Assembly: GCA_964606775.1 (NCBI GenBank)
Contig: CAZSGW010000001.1
Coordinates: forward strand, 24,002 to 88,001
Source of the DNA: Candidatus Woesearchaeota archaeon
GTDB lineage: Archaea > Nanobdellota > Nanobdellia > Pacearchaeales > GW2011-AR1
Direction: 5' to 3'
DNA: 64,000 bases
This document shows positions 8,830 through 18,677 of the stretch, piece after piece. Position numbers and translations under genes: made by a program. How positions within the stretch are numbered: position 1 is the stretch's first letter; every line of letters starts with the position of its first letter. The notes under the pieces were generated by a model. The model was not told where the DNA came from, did not search any database, and saw only the letters and a program-made list of their open reading frames with translations.

Positions 8830-10209
8830 CTATTTAGAAAAATACTTCTTTATAGACATTATTTGATGTACTTCCTCGAAAAGTGTCGGTTTAAATCCTC
8901 GAAAAATATTTTTTAATGCCTTCTTTCCATCAAAATTTTTGGTTTTTCTAACTTCTTTAAACTTTAAAAGAAAAAGATGGACTACCAACATTCTAACCAA
9001 AGATCCAAATATGAATATAGCAACAATTGGCTCAACCAAACTAATAGTCCAGAATCTTATCAAAATTGCTCCAAGACCTGCACCCAAAAAAATCCCTACA
9101 CCAATCAAAATATTAAGATAAGAAACAGTAAGTGCTCTTCGAGAATCAGAAACATTATCATATACAAAGTTACCAGAGCACAAAACAAAACCTCCTCCTA
9201 AAACACCCGTAATAAACAAAGCAACAAGCATCAAATAAATTGGGTTAGTTGAAATAATCCACAAAATAGGTATAACCGGCAATAACAAACTTATAATTGA
9301 AATAGTCTTATAATTCCCATATTTATCTGCCAATTTACCCCATAATTCCAAAGTAAACAATGAGACAACATGACCGCCCATGATAATTACCATGTAAGTA
9401 ACATAACTAAATTCTAAATTTCTCAAAAGATAAATAGCAATCAAAGGAGATGTTATTGCTACAGAAAACGCAACCAAACTACGATAAATTGCAAATTTAC
9501 CAAAATTATTCTTAGAGATATTTCTTAAAAATTCCCAAAATGAAAAATAATGGTCTTTCTCCAGTTTTAATTCAGGACAATACATTTTCTTAAAAGTATT
9601 CCAAGAAAACAACCTAAAAATGAAAGCAAATCCAAAAAGTAAAACAAATCCAAACATCGTCATACTTTTATGTTTAAAATAATCCAACAAAAAGGAAGAA
9701 ATTATTGCAAAAACAAAAGAAGTAAAACCAATCATCAAATTTCTCTTAGAAAAATATCTTCCCCTGTAATTATCACTAACCAAGTCGCCCATCCAGGAAA
9801 ACCATGCTGGATGACTTAAATTAGACAAAATCATAAACATTGAAAAAGTCAAAAAGGTTGCCAAAGGCAAAAAAGAAGTAAGAATATCAAAATAAAATAA
9901 CAAAGCAATTCCAATCAAGGGAAGCCAAATCAAAGCCTCCAAAAACACTGCCTTTCTCACAACATTCCTTCTAGAATCTTTCTCAATTAATTTTGAACCA
10001 TATATCTGACTTATAGGTCCCAACAAACCCCCAACCGAACTTAACAAAGCAACAACCGAATTACTTGCGTTAACAGCTATTGCAAAGGGAGAAAAATACC
10101 TATCTCCAAAAGAAGTTCTTCCAGACCAAAAAAGCCCCTCTTTTATGCTGGCTCTCCTAGTTTTATATTTTTTAGCCTTAACTAAAGGGCTTTCTTTTGT
10201 TGTCACCAT
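8830..10209 (-). CDS. Polytopic membrane transporter, MFS-like
   Basis: 459 aa with about 12 predicted TM helices and an internal duplication pattern; composition typical of major facilitator permeases. Confidence 0.5.
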   Translation of the reverse strand: MVTTKESPLVKAKKYKTRRASIKEGLFWSGRTSFGDRYFSPFAIAVNASNSVVALLSSVGGLLGPISQIYGSKLIEKDSRRNVVRKAVFLEALIWLPLIGIALLFYFDILTSFLPLATFLTFSMFMILSNLSHPAWFSWMGDLVSDNYRGRYFSKRNLMIGFTSFVFAIISSFLLDYFKHKSMTMFGFVLLFGFAFIFRLFSWNTFKKMYCPELKLEKDHYFSFWEFLRNISKNNFGKFAIYRSLVAFSVAITSPLIAIYLLRNLEFSYVTYMVIIMGGHVVSLFTLELWGKLADKYGNYKTISIISLLLPVIPILWIISTNPIYLMLVALFITGVLGGGFVLCSGNFVYDNVSDSRRALTVSYLNILIGVGIFLGAGLGAILIRFWTISLVEPIVAIFIFGSLVRMLVVHLFLLKFKEVRKTKNFDGKKALKNIFRGFKPTLFEEVHQIMSIKKYFSK

Positions 10210-10250
10210 CTTTCAATAAAATTTAAAAATCATTCGAAGTTTTAAAGATT

Positions 10251-10595
10251 ATGTTTAACACAGAAAAACATTTTTGCTACAATCATTTAGACAGAAAAAA
10301 GGAGTGGTATTTCTTGATTGTAAATAAAGAAAACCAAATAAACGAAGTTGAAAATGATTTAATAAAACTATTCAATCCAGAAAACCTCATAAAAAGCTTT
10401 TCAGGAAAAATTAAGGACTCGGAACTAAAATACAAAGCATTATTTTTCAAATCACAGAAAGAAATAGATTCCTGGGGATTAAAAGAAAAATACCCCGAAA
10501 TTATAAGAGATACAAATTTTTTTGGATACAAAAAAGATTTTGAAGGAATAAAGAAAGATCTTTTTGAAGAACTAGAGATGGGAATAAGCAAATAA
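10251..10595 (+). CDS. Hypothetical protein (114 aa)
   Basis: K/E-rich ORF co-directional with metG. The overlapping minus-strand ORF is low-complexity (S/F-rich) and was rejected. Confidence 0.35.
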   Translation: MFNTEKHFCYNHLDRKKEWYFLIVNKENQINEVENDLIKLFNPENLIKSFSGKIKDSELKYKALFFKSQKEIDSWGLKEKYPEIIRDTNFFGYKKDFEGIKKDLFEELEMGISK

Positions 10596-10596
10596 G

Positions 10597-10605
10597 TTTT
10601 TATAC
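10597..10605 (+). promoter_or_regulatory. TATA box (tttttatac) about 25 nt upstream of the metG ATG
   Basis: Consensus-like AT element at fixed distance from the start codon. Confidence 0.35.
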
Positions 10606-10625
10606 TATTTCTTTCTAAAATTTTA

Positions 10626-12509
10626 ATGACTAAAGAAAAATTTTATGTTACGACTGCAATTGATTATCCCAATGCTGAACCGCATATTGGACATGCGTAC
10701 CAGAAAATTATAGCGGATGTTCTAGCTAGATGGAATAAAATTCTTGGAAAAGATGTTTGGTTTTTGACTGGAACTGATGAGCATGGGAAAAAAATCCAAG
10801 AAGCTGCTGAGAAAAAAGGAAAAACTGCTCAAGAGTTGGTTGACGAAGTTTCTGAAAAATTCAAGGAGGCGTGGAAGGCTTTGAATATTTCTCCAAGTCG
10901 TTTTATTAGAACTACTGATTCAGACCATGAAGAACTTGTTAAGGAAGTTATTGAGAAGTGTAATGAGAATGGAGATATTTACAAAGGAGAGTATGAAGGT
11001 TTGTATTGTACTGGATGTGAAGCATATTATACTGAAAAAGATTTGGAAGATGGTTGTTGTCCTCTACACAATAAACCTGTTGAGAAGATTAAAGAGGAAA
11101 GTTATTTTTTTAAGTTAAGTGAATATAAAGATTTTTTATTGAATTGGTATGAGGAGCATCCTGAATTTATTCAACCTAAAGAGAGAAGAAACGAAATTAT
11201 TAATCGTGTTAAAGAAGGTTTGAAGGATCTAAGTATTTCTCGAACCTCTTTTGATTGGGGAATTCCTTTTCCTTTAGATAAGAAACATATAACTTATGTT
11301 TGGTTTGATGCTTTATTTAATTATTATTCTGGTTCGGGAGAGAATCATAAATACTGGCCTGCTAATTTACATTTGCTTGGTAAGGATAATTCGTGGTTCC
11401 ATTGCGTTTACTGGCCTGCATTTTTGAAGTCTGCTGGAATTGAATTACCTCAAACAGTTTTTGTTCATGGGTTTTTGAGTTTTAATGGACAGAAAATTTC
11501 AAAGTCCTTAGGAAATGCAATTTCTCCGAAGGTTCTTGTTGATAAGTATGGTGCTGATGCTGTTCGGTATTTTGTTTGTCGTCAGTTTCCTTTTGCTGAA
11601 GGAAATGATGGGGATTTTAATGAGGATTCTTTGGTTGACAGATATAATAATGAGTTGGCAAATAAGTTGGGTAATTTGGTTTCACGTGTTTCTGGGTTGA
11701 TTGAGAAGAATGATGTTGAAAAATGTGAAAATTCCTTATTGAAAAAATTAAAGTTAAAGAAAATCGAAGAGTTATTTCAAAATTATGAATTGGATAAAGT
11801 TTTGAATGAAGTTTTTGCTTTTATTGATGTTTGTAATGAGTATGTTCAAGAGAAGAAACCTTGGGAGACTAAGGATAAGAAAGTTCTTTATGAAGTTGCT
11901 AATGCTATTAAGAAGATTTCAATTTTGTTATACTCTTTTATTCCTGAAACTTGTGAAGAGATTGCCAAGAAATTTGGTGGTTGGAAATTTACTCGCGAAG
12001 AATTCGAAAAAGATTTAGATGAAAATGTAATTGTTAAGAAAGGAAAAAATTTGTTTGAGAAAATTGAGTTGAAAGACGGATTAAAAAAATCAACAACTGA
12101 TTCTAGTTTAAAGGATGGGTTGAATAAAAGTAAAGTTATTAAAGAGCCTGAAGTTAAAGAGATTATGGAAGGAGTTGGACAAGCGAACTTTGAAGATTGG
12201 GAGAAACTTGATTTGAGAGTTGCTAAAATTGAAAATGCTGAAGATATCAAAGGTGCAGATAAATTGTATAAATTGAGTTTGAATGTTGGTGAGCTTGGTG
12301 AGAGAACAATCTGTGCAGGAATTAAAGAGTTTTATAAGAAAGAAGATTTAATTGGAAAAAAAATTATTTATTTTTCAAACTTGAAGCCTCGGAAGATGAG
12401 AGGAATTGAATCTCAGGGAATGTTACTTGCAGCTTCGAATAAAGATCATACGAAAATCGTTATTATTTCTCCAGAAGGAGATATTGAAGAAGGAAGTGTT
12501 GTTGGTTAA
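10626..12509 (+). CDS. metG: Methionyl-tRNA synthetase, bacterial (Thermus/Bacillus) type, with C-terminal tRNA-binding (Trbp111/EMAP-like) domain
   Basis: PHIGHAY (HIGH motif), FLTGTDEHGKKIQ, KISKS (KMSKS), Cys-knuckle CTGCE..CCPLH; the C-terminal ..LDLRVAKIENAEDIKGADKLYKL.. is an OB-fold tRNA-binding domain. Confidence 0.9.
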   Translation: MTKEKFYVTTAIDYPNAEPHIGHAYQKIIADVLARWNKILGKDVWFLTGTDEHGKKIQEAAEKKGKTAQELVDEVSEKFKEAWKALNISPSRFIRTTDSDHEELVKEVIEKCNENGDIYKGEYEGLYCTGCEAYYTEKDLEDGCCPLHNKPVEKIKEESYFFKLSEYKDFLLNWYEEHPEFIQPKERRNEIINRVKEGLKDLSISRTSFDWGIPFPLDKKHITYVWFDALFNYYSGSGENHKYWPANLHLLGKDNSWFHCVYWPAFLKSAGIELPQTVFVHGFLSFNGQKISKSLGNAISPKVLVDKYGADAVRYFVCRQFPFAEGNDGDFNEDSLVDRYNNELANKLGNLVSRVSGLIEKNDVEKCENSLLKKLKLKKIEELFQNYELDKVLNEVFAFIDVCNEYVQEKKPWETKDKKVLYEVANAIKKISILLYSFIPETCEEIAKKFGGWKFTREEFEKDLDENVIVKKGKNLFEKIELKDGLKKSTTDSSLKDGLNKSKVIKEPEVKEIMEGVGQANFEDWEKLDLRVAKIENAEDIKGADKLYKLSLNVGELGERTICAGIKEFYKKEDLIGKKIIYFSNLKPRKMRGIESQGMLLAASNKDHTKIVIISPEGDIEEGSVVG

Positions 12510-13274
12510 TTAGTTTCTACCAAAAATTCTTTTCCAAAAAGAAACTTTATCTTTATTGGAATCATAATCGATATTAAGAATTGAAGCCGCAATTTCTTTA
12601 TACGCTCTTGAGGATTTTGAAGTAGGATGAGTATGGATAACCGCATCTTTTAAATTTTGAGATTGTTTAACAGAAATATCTTCAGGGATCATTCCTATAA
12701 CAGGCGTTTCTAACATATCCTTAACCACATCTGGTTGCATTTCAATTTTATCTTTCTTAACTCGAGTCATGATGACTCCAGATACAGGTTTCTTCATTTG
12801 TTCTGCAACCTTTATCGCCTTAAGTGCATCAGTAATTGCAGGCATTTCGGGATTAGTTACAACAACAATTTCATCTGCTAAATTCATTATAGATGTTGCC
12901 TCTTCGCCAAGACCTGCCGCACAATCAACCACAACGTAATCAGACAATTTCTTAAATTCTTCTTTGAAATTTTTTATTTTATCAAACTTTAGTTTCTTTA
13001 ACTCTTTTATAGATAAAGAAGCAGGAATTATCTTCAAACCAGAACCATGTTCATACATAGCTTCGAAAGCCTCTGCTTTCTTAGTCAAAACATGATTTAA
13101 ACAAACTGGAACTTCAGGAGAATTCAAGTGCAAACCAATATTTGGAGTAGTTACATTTCCGTCAATAATCAAAACATCCTTCCCAAAAGAATTTATCGCC
13201 GCACCTAAGTTTATCGCGGTTGTAGTTTTACCCACGCCCCCTTTTCCAGATGTAATTACTATTAATTTTGCCAT
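12510..13274 (-). CDS. MinD/ParA-family P-loop ATPase (archaeal MinD-like)
   Basis: The deviant Walker A IVITSGKGGVGKTTTAINLGAA and overall MinD similarity. Confidence 0.85.
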   Translation of the reverse strand: MAKLIVITSGKGGVGKTTTAINLGAAINSFGKDVLIIDGNVTTPNIGLHLNSPEVPVCLNHVLTKKAEAFEAMYEHGSGLKIIPASLSIKELKKLKFDKIKNFKEEFKKLSDYVVVDCAAGLGEEATSIMNLADEIVVVTNPEMPAITDALKAIKVAEQMKKPVSGVIMTRVKKDKIEMQPDVVKDMLETPVIGMIPEDISVKQSQNLKDAVIHTHPTSKSSRAYKEIAASILNIDYDSNKDKVSFWKRIFGRN

Positions 13275-13305
13275 TTAATCCAATAGATTTCAAATACGAA
13301 ATCTC

Positions 13306-13749
13306 TTATTTAGATAGTAGAAATTGTTTTGTTTTACTTATAAAGTTTTCTAAGAGTTCAGCCGTCTCTTTCAATTTTTCAAGATTAAAATTGATTTCTT
13401 TCCCCTGATAAAAAATTCTCAAATTAACATTCTTTCGAAACTCTCCAATTCGTTCTTTCCTCAACTCCTCAACCTTTCTTAACATTTCGTACAAATCTAT
13501 AACTTTCAAAAAATCCTTATCCTTCTTAAAAAGACCTCTAATAACCTCTATTTTCTTAACATTATTTTCAGGAACCTTAGAAATCTTCTTTTTCTTTTTT
13601 GCTTTTTCAAGTACGCCGTCGATACTTGTTTCTATCATTTTTCTCCACCTCAAAAGCAAATTCAAAATAACGTCACATGTCTTAGTGTATTTCAAACTTA
13701 CATGGAGGAGATGATCCGCGCTTATTTTTTCTTGTATTATATCTTCCAT
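13306..13749 (-). CDS. Hypothetical protein (147 aa), immediately upstream of the minD-like gene
   Basis: Complete ORF with a K-rich linker; no family recognised. Confidence 0.45.
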   Translation of the reverse strand: MEDIIQEKISADHLLHVSLKYTKTCDVILNLLLRWRKMIETSIDGVLEKAKKKKKISKVPENNVKKIEVIRGLFKKDKDFLKVIDLYEMLRKVEELRKERIGEFRKNVNLRIFYQGKEINFNLEKLKETAELLENFISKTKQFLLSK

Positions 13750-13821
13750 ATTTATCCCTTTTTTATAACATTAGAAGTATGATTTACAATGAAAAAGAGG
13801 TTTAAATACTTTTTTCTTTTT

Positions 13822-14022
13822 TCAGGAGTAAAAAGAACTATAAAAAACGTGACAATTCTCAGAATCTCTTTCGGACCTTGCGTTCTTTAGAATATAATCT
13901 CTCTTACTCTTTTCTAAAGATTTGTTCATTATTTCCGTTGCACGCAAATGTCTAGGTTTATCTAAAAATTCAGAAGACAAACTCTTTTCTAAGTGTTCTA
14001 TCCTGTTTAATCTTTTAATCAT
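13822..14022 (-). CDS. Small basic hypothetical protein (66 aa)
   Basis: Complete ORF between NAC and the 147-aa ORF; weak support. Confidence 0.3.
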   Translation of the reverse strand: MIKRLNRIEHLEKSLSSEFLDKPRHLRATEIMNKSLEKSKRDYILKNARSERDSENCHVFYSSFYS

Positions 14023-14030
14023 TTTAAAAC

Positions 14031-14363
14031 CTATTCAGATAACTTAATAATTGCCTCAGTCAAATCACCAGTTTCTTCAAGTGCTTCTTTTGCCTCTCCC
14101 TCAGAACATCCTGTTTTCTCAACAATAACCTGAACATCCTCTTCAGAAATCCCTACCTCAGCAGACTCCTCAGAAATATCTCCTGCAATCTGAAAAGTTT
14201 CGTTTCCTTGCATTTTTATTTTTTGGACAGAAGGATTATCAATTGTTATCTTGGAACCATCCGATTTCTCAATAATAACCTTAGAAGCATTTACTTCTTC
14301 CTGAGAAATTCCCATCTGCTTCATCATTGCCTGCATTCTTTTAGGATTCATTCCACCAAACAT
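14031..14363 (-). CDS. nac: Nascent polypeptide-associated complex alpha subunit
   Basis: The N-terminus MFGGMNPKRMQAMMKQMGI, a NAC domain, and a C-terminal UBA-like ..EEDVQVIVEKTGCSEGEAKEALEETGDLTEAII. Confidence 0.8.
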   Translation of the reverse strand: MFGGMNPKRMQAMMKQMGISQEEVNASKVIIEKSDGSKITIDNPSVQKIKMQGNETFQIAGDISEESAEVGISEEDVQVIVEKTGCSEGEAKEALEETGDLTEAIIKLSE

Positions 14364-14364
14364 C

Positions 14365-14520
14365 TTACACTAAAAAAGGAATTAAAACCCTCATCCCAAT
14401 TATGAAAAGAATAAACACTATAACATGTGTAGGTTTCAAATTAAATTTACTTTCGTACCCTTCCCCATATCGAGTCAATCCGCTAAATCCTGCGGGCATA
14501 TTCGTTTGTTGTTGAGCCAT
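14365..14520 (-). CDS. secG: Preprotein translocase Sec61-beta/SecG (51 aa), not in the ORF track
   Basis: MAQQQTNMPAGFSGLTRYGEGYESKFNLKPTHVIVFILFIIGMRVLIPFLV has the GL.RY motif followed by a single C-terminal TM helix, as in archaeal Sec61-beta. Its stop lies 1 nt before the NAC start, giving an operon. Confidence 0.55.
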   Translation of the reverse strand: MAQQQTNMPAGFSGLTRYGEGYESKFNLKPTHVIVFILFIIGMRVLIPFLV

Positions 14521-14541
14521 ATTTATTTGAGAAAGAGATAG

Positions 14542-14550
14542 TTTTTAAAA
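14542..14550 (+). promoter_or_regulatory. TATA box (tttttaaaa) about 26 nt upstream of the valS ATG
   Basis: Position and consensus. Confidence 0.35.
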
Positions 14551-14571
14551 GTTTGGTGAGAATGTTCTAGT

Positions 14572-16956
14572 ATGGCATTTAAAGACATAAAAAACTGGTC
14601 TGTTGAATTAGAAAAGCCAATAACAGAAGAATGGAAAAAATCAGAACAATTCAAATTTGATAAAAATTCAAAAAAGAAAGTTTATTCTATTGACACGCCT
14701 CCTCCTTATGTTAACGCTTCAGTACATATTGGACAAGCAATAACATACTGCTACATGGATTTCTTTGCACGTTATAAAAGAATGAAAGGATTTGATGTAA
14801 TTTTTCCACTGGGATTAGATAGAAATGGTCTGCCTATCGAAATGGCTGCCGAGAAAAAATTCAAAATAAGTCCATTTAAAGACGGGAGAGAAAAATTCAT
14901 CGAAGCATGCAAAAAGCTCTTAGAGCAAACCTCGCATGAAACTCAAGATAGTTTCGCAAAACTAGGAATTTCATTTACTTCCTATAATGAAGGAAATCAT
15001 TTGGGTGCTGTATACAAAACGGACTCTCCAGAATATCGTTCTGTAACCCAGGCAACATTCTTAGAACTATTCAAAAAAGGTTTAATCTACGAAGACACAA
15101 GAATAAATAATTGGGACCCTAAACTTAGGACCACACTTGCTGATTCAGAAATAGATTACAAAGATATTGAAAGTTACTTCAATGATGTTATTTGGAAAGT
15201 TAAAGAAACAGGTGAAGAAATAATAATCGGAACAACACGACCGGAGCTTATTTGCACATGCGGGATGGTAATTTTTAACCCCGAAGACAAAAGATATGCT
15301 CATCTAGAAGGCAAAACAGCAATATCTCCCATATTCGAAAAAGAAATTCCGATAAAAGCCCATCCCCTAGCAGACATAGAAAAAGGAACAGGAATCGTGA
15401 TGATGTGTTCAGCGGGAGATTTATCAGACATTCAATTTTTCAGGGAAATGAATATAGAACCAAAAATAGCCATTGAAAAAGATGGAAAAATGAATTCAAT
15501 TGCAGGTATTTTAGAAGGTCTGAAAGTTAAAGATGCTCGAAAAAAAATTATAGAAATACTAAACAAAGAAGGATTGTTAACAAAGCAAGAAAAAATTTTA
15601 CATAGAACTCCAGTTTCCGAAAGAAGTGGCGCAGAAATTGAATTCATTGAAATGCCTGAATATTATCTAAAACAAGTTAAATTTAAAGATAACATAAAAA
15701 AAATTGCCAACAAAATTAATTTTTATCCAAATGAAGCAAAAAAAATACTAGACGATTGGATTGAATCAGTTTCGATAGACTGGCCAATTTCCCGTAGAAG
15801 ATTCTATGCAACATCAATCCCTCTTTGGACTTCTGAAATAAAGGGGAAAAAAGCATACGCATTAGGAGAAATTGGAGAATATCACGAACCATGGAAAGAA
15901 GAACCTAAAGAAACTTACGAAGTTTATTCTGAAGGAAAAAAAATAGGCCTAGTAAAAGATTTCCCTAAATCAAAATTCATTGGAGAAGAAAGAGTCTTTG
16001 ACACCTGGATGGATTCTTCAATTTCGGAACTAGTTTTATTAAAGTACAACTCAGATAAAGATTTTTTTAAGGAAAATTTCCCATGTAGTTTAAGACCTCA
16101 AGGAAAAGAAATAGTTAGAACTTGGTTATATTATACATTATTAAGAGGATATTTGGAAACAAAAAAACCTGCGTTCGATGATGTTTGGGTTAATCAACAT
16201 ATTCTGGATGGAAAAGGATACAAAATGTCAAAGTCTAAAGGAAATATTATTGACCCTCAAAAATTATTGAAAAATTATGGTGCCGAAGCAATAAGATTCT
16301 GGGCCGCTACCGAAGGAGATTTATCAAAATCAGATTTGAAATGCTCAGAAGAAAGGATAAATGCAGAAAGAAAAACAATCAACAAACTACTCAACATCTC
16401 TAAATTTGTCATGCTTTTTGAGAAACCAAAGAAAAAATATAAACTAACACTTTTGGATGAACTATTTATAGATTACATAGGAAATCTAACATCCCGTATC
16501 GAAAAAGATTACGAAAAATATAATTTTTACAATCCTGCACTAGAACTTAGAGAATTGATCTGGAATATTTTTGCATCACATTATATTGAATTGGTTAAAA
16601 AAAGGGCATACAATCAAGAAGGAAAATTCTCTGATGACGAAAGCCATTCTGCAAAATGGACACTTCATTTCATATTAGAAAGAATTTTACACCTGCTTTA
16701 TCCAATTATTCCTCAAGTCACTTCTTTAATCGCTAAAGAAAAAGAAATTAATTTACTAAAATCTGAATGGCCAAAAAAAGAGAATTCAGAAAAAGATGTC
16801 AGTTTATTTCAAAAAATAATGGAGTTCAATTCCAAAATTTGGAAAGAAAAAAAAGATAAAGGAATTTCATTAAGAGATGAGATTAAAATAAAAATTCCCG
16901 AAGAATTGAAAGCTTTTGAAAAAGATTTAAAGGAGTGTCACAACTTAAAAATATAA
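14572..16956 (+). CDS. valS: Valyl-tRNA synthetase (archaeal type, compact 794 aa)
   Basis: SIDTPPPYVNASVHIGQA (HIGH region), GLDRNGLP, KMSKSKGN, and an editing domain. The size and motifs fit ValRS better than IleRS. Confidence 0.7.
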   Translation: MAFKDIKNWSVELEKPITEEWKKSEQFKFDKNSKKKVYSIDTPPPYVNASVHIGQAITYCYMDFFARYKRMKGFDVIFPLGLDRNGLPIEMAAEKKFKISPFKDGREKFIEACKKLLEQTSHETQDSFAKLGISFTSYNEGNHLGAVYKTDSPEYRSVTQATFLELFKKGLIYEDTRINNWDPKLRTTLADSEIDYKDIESYFNDVIWKVKETGEEIIIGTTRPELICTCGMVIFNPEDKRYAHLEGKTAISPIFEKEIPIKAHPLADIEKGTGIVMMCSAGDLSDIQFFREMNIEPKIAIEKDGKMNSIAGILEGLKVKDARKKIIEILNKEGLLTKQEKILHRTPVSERSGAEIEFIEMPEYYLKQVKFKDNIKKIANKINFYPNEAKKILDDWIESVSIDWPISRRRFYATSIPLWTSEIKGKKAYALGEIGEYHEPWKEEPKETYEVYSEGKKIGLVKDFPKSKFIGEERVFDTWMDSSISELVLLKYNSDKDFFKENFPCSLRPQGKEIVRTWLYYTLLRGYLETKKPAFDDVWVNQHILDGKGYKMSKSKGNIIDPQKLLKNYGAEAIRFWAATEGDLSKSDLKCSEERINAERKTINKLLNISKFVMLFEKPKKKYKLTLLDELFIDYIGNLTSRIEKDYEKYNFYNPALELRELIWNIFASHYIELVKKRAYNQEGKFSDDESHSAKWTLHFILERILHLLYPIIPQVTSLIAKEKEINLLKSEWPKKENSEKDVSLFQKIMEFNSKIWKEKKDKGISLRDEIKIKIPEELKAFEKDLKECHNLKI

Positions 16957-16969
16957 TCTGACCCCAAAC

Positions 16970-16977
16970 TTTAAAAT
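16970..16977 (+). promoter_or_regulatory. TATA box (tttaaaat) about 26 nt upstream of the aRF1 start
   Basis: Position and consensus. Confidence 0.35.
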
Positions 16978-16998
16978 CTGAACATATCTTCTATTATC

Positions 16999-18087
16999 AT
17001 GGCAATACTCTCTAAAGATGAATTATTAGAAGTTGTTGAAGAACTATCGGAATACAAAGGTCGAGCAACAGAACTTATTTCGGTTTACGTTTCAGAAGGC
17101 TATGATGTAAATACTGTTCAGAAACAACTTGAGGCAGAAGGTTCTACTGCCAAGAATATTAAATCCACTTCTACTCGTAAAAATGTTACAGAGGCCTTAG
17201 AAAAAATTGTTCGTTATCTGAAAGACTTGAAAAAAACTCCCGAAAATGGTTTAGCTCTTTTTGCAGGAAATGTTTCAAAAGTTGAAGGTCAAGACGACAT
17301 GCAAATTTGGGCAATCGAACCTCCTCAACCATTAAAAGTTAGGTTATACAGATGTGACAAAGAATTTGTTTTGGAACCGCTTGAAGAACAACTCGAAGCA
17401 GACGAAATTTATGGTCTCTTAGTTATGGACAGAAAAGAAGCAACAATTGGAATGTTAATAGGGAAAAGGATTGAATTACTACACCACATGACTTCAGGAA
17501 TTCCTTCAAAAGTTCGTGCAGGAGGACAATCGTCCCAAAGATTCCACAGAATTACCGAGGGATTAACAAAAGACTTCTACAAAAGAATAGCGAATGAAAT
17601 GAAAAAATCATTCTTCGAAAATAAAAAACTGAAAGGAATTTTAGTTGGAGGACCGATACCGACGAAAGACGAATTTTTAGACAACGATTATCTAACAACC
17701 CAGCTACAAGAAAAAGTTATCGGAAGAATAGATATTGGCGACACAGACGAATCAGGACTATATGAACTAGTGGAAAAATCCCAGGAGATTTTAGCATCAC
17801 AAGAAATTATTAGAGAGAAAAAATTACTAGAAAGATTTTTTGAAACGTTAGGAGCTGAACCAGATAAAGCAGTTTACAAAGAAGAAGATTTAAGAAAAGC
17901 TTTAGAATATGGTGCAGTAGAAATAATCCTTTTATCAAAAGAACTAAATAAAGAAAAAATAAAAGAACTAAAAAAAATAGCTCAAGACATCGGCTCAGAT
18001 GTAGAAATGATTTCAACAGAAACAACAGAAGGTCAACAATTTCAACAACTTTCTGGAATGGGTGCTATTTTAAGATTTAAGATTTAA
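16999..18087 (+). CDS. prf1: Peptide chain release factor aRF1
   Basis: NIKS motif (AKNIKSTSTRKN) and GGQ motif (RAGGQSSQRF). Confidence 0.85.
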   Translation: MAILSKDELLEVVEELSEYKGRATELISVYVSEGYDVNTVQKQLEAEGSTAKNIKSTSTRKNVTEALEKIVRYLKDLKKTPENGLALFAGNVSKVEGQDDMQIWAIEPPQPLKVRLYRCDKEFVLEPLEEQLEADEIYGLLVMDRKEATIGMLIGKRIELLHHMTSGIPSKVRAGGQSSQRFHRITEGLTKDFYKRIANEMKKSFFENKKLKGILVGGPIPTKDEFLDNDYLTTQLQEKVIGRIDIGDTDESGLYELVEKSQEILASQEIIREKKLLERFFETLGAEPDKAVYKEEDLRKALEYGAVEIILLSKELNKEKIKELKKIAQDIGSDVEMISTETTEGQQFQQLSGMGAILRFKI

Positions 18088-18112
18088 AAACTCAGATTAC
18101 TTCTTAAAAACA

Positions 18113-18667
18113 ATGGTTTCAGAAAAAACAATAAAAGAGATTGATGAATCTAGAGAGGTTGAGAGTTTAAAATTATTAGAGGCTGTCCTTTTTGTCTCAG
18201 GAAGATTTCTAAACATGCAAGAATTAATTTCACTAACAGACTTAAGCCCAATTCTTATTTCAGATTTAATAGAAAGATTAAAGGAAAAATACAAAGATTC
18301 TGCTTTAGAGATTGTTGAAAAAAACCAAATGTGGAAAATGGACGTGCAACAAGAATATTCAGATATAATAAATAAGCTAGCAACAGGGAACTCAGAATTC
18401 ACAAAAGCTGAACAAGAAACACTTGCAATCATTGCATACAAACAACCTGTAAAACAATCAGTCATAATCAAAATAAGAGGAAACAAATCTTACGACCACA
18501 TAAAAAAATTTGTAGATTTAAATCTTGTAAAAAAGAAAAAAATGGGGCACACTCACGAGCTAAGCTTAAGTGATGAATTTTACGATTATTTTAGTGTTGC
18601 TGAACCTTCAGAAGAAAACGTTCTAAAAAGTATTGAATCACAGGAATCTTTAAAAGAACAGGAATAA
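18113..18667 (+). CDS. scpB: Segregation and condensation protein B (ScpB)-like winged-helix protein
   Basis: ..LLEAVLFVSGRFLNMQELISLT.. and a second WH ..QETLAIIAYKQPVKQSVI..IRG are typical of the ScpB tandem WH. No scpA or smc gene is in the window. Confidence 0.65.
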   Translation: MVSEKTIKEIDESREVESLKLLEAVLFVSGRFLNMQELISLTDLSPILISDLIERLKEKYKDSALEIVEKNQMWKMDVQQEYSDIINKLATGNSEFTKAEQETLAIIAYKQPVKQSVIIKIRGNKSYDHIKKFVDLNLVKKKKMGHTHELSLSDEFYDYFSVAEPSEENVLKSIESQESLKEQE

Positions 18668-18677
18668 AGAAAATATT

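Noticed and set aside
10283-10591. Minus-strand 102-aa ORF overlapping 10251..10595
   Set aside because: S/F-rich low-complexity antisense translation. The plus-strand ORF has the K/E-rich composition typical of real genes here, though it too is only weakly supported.
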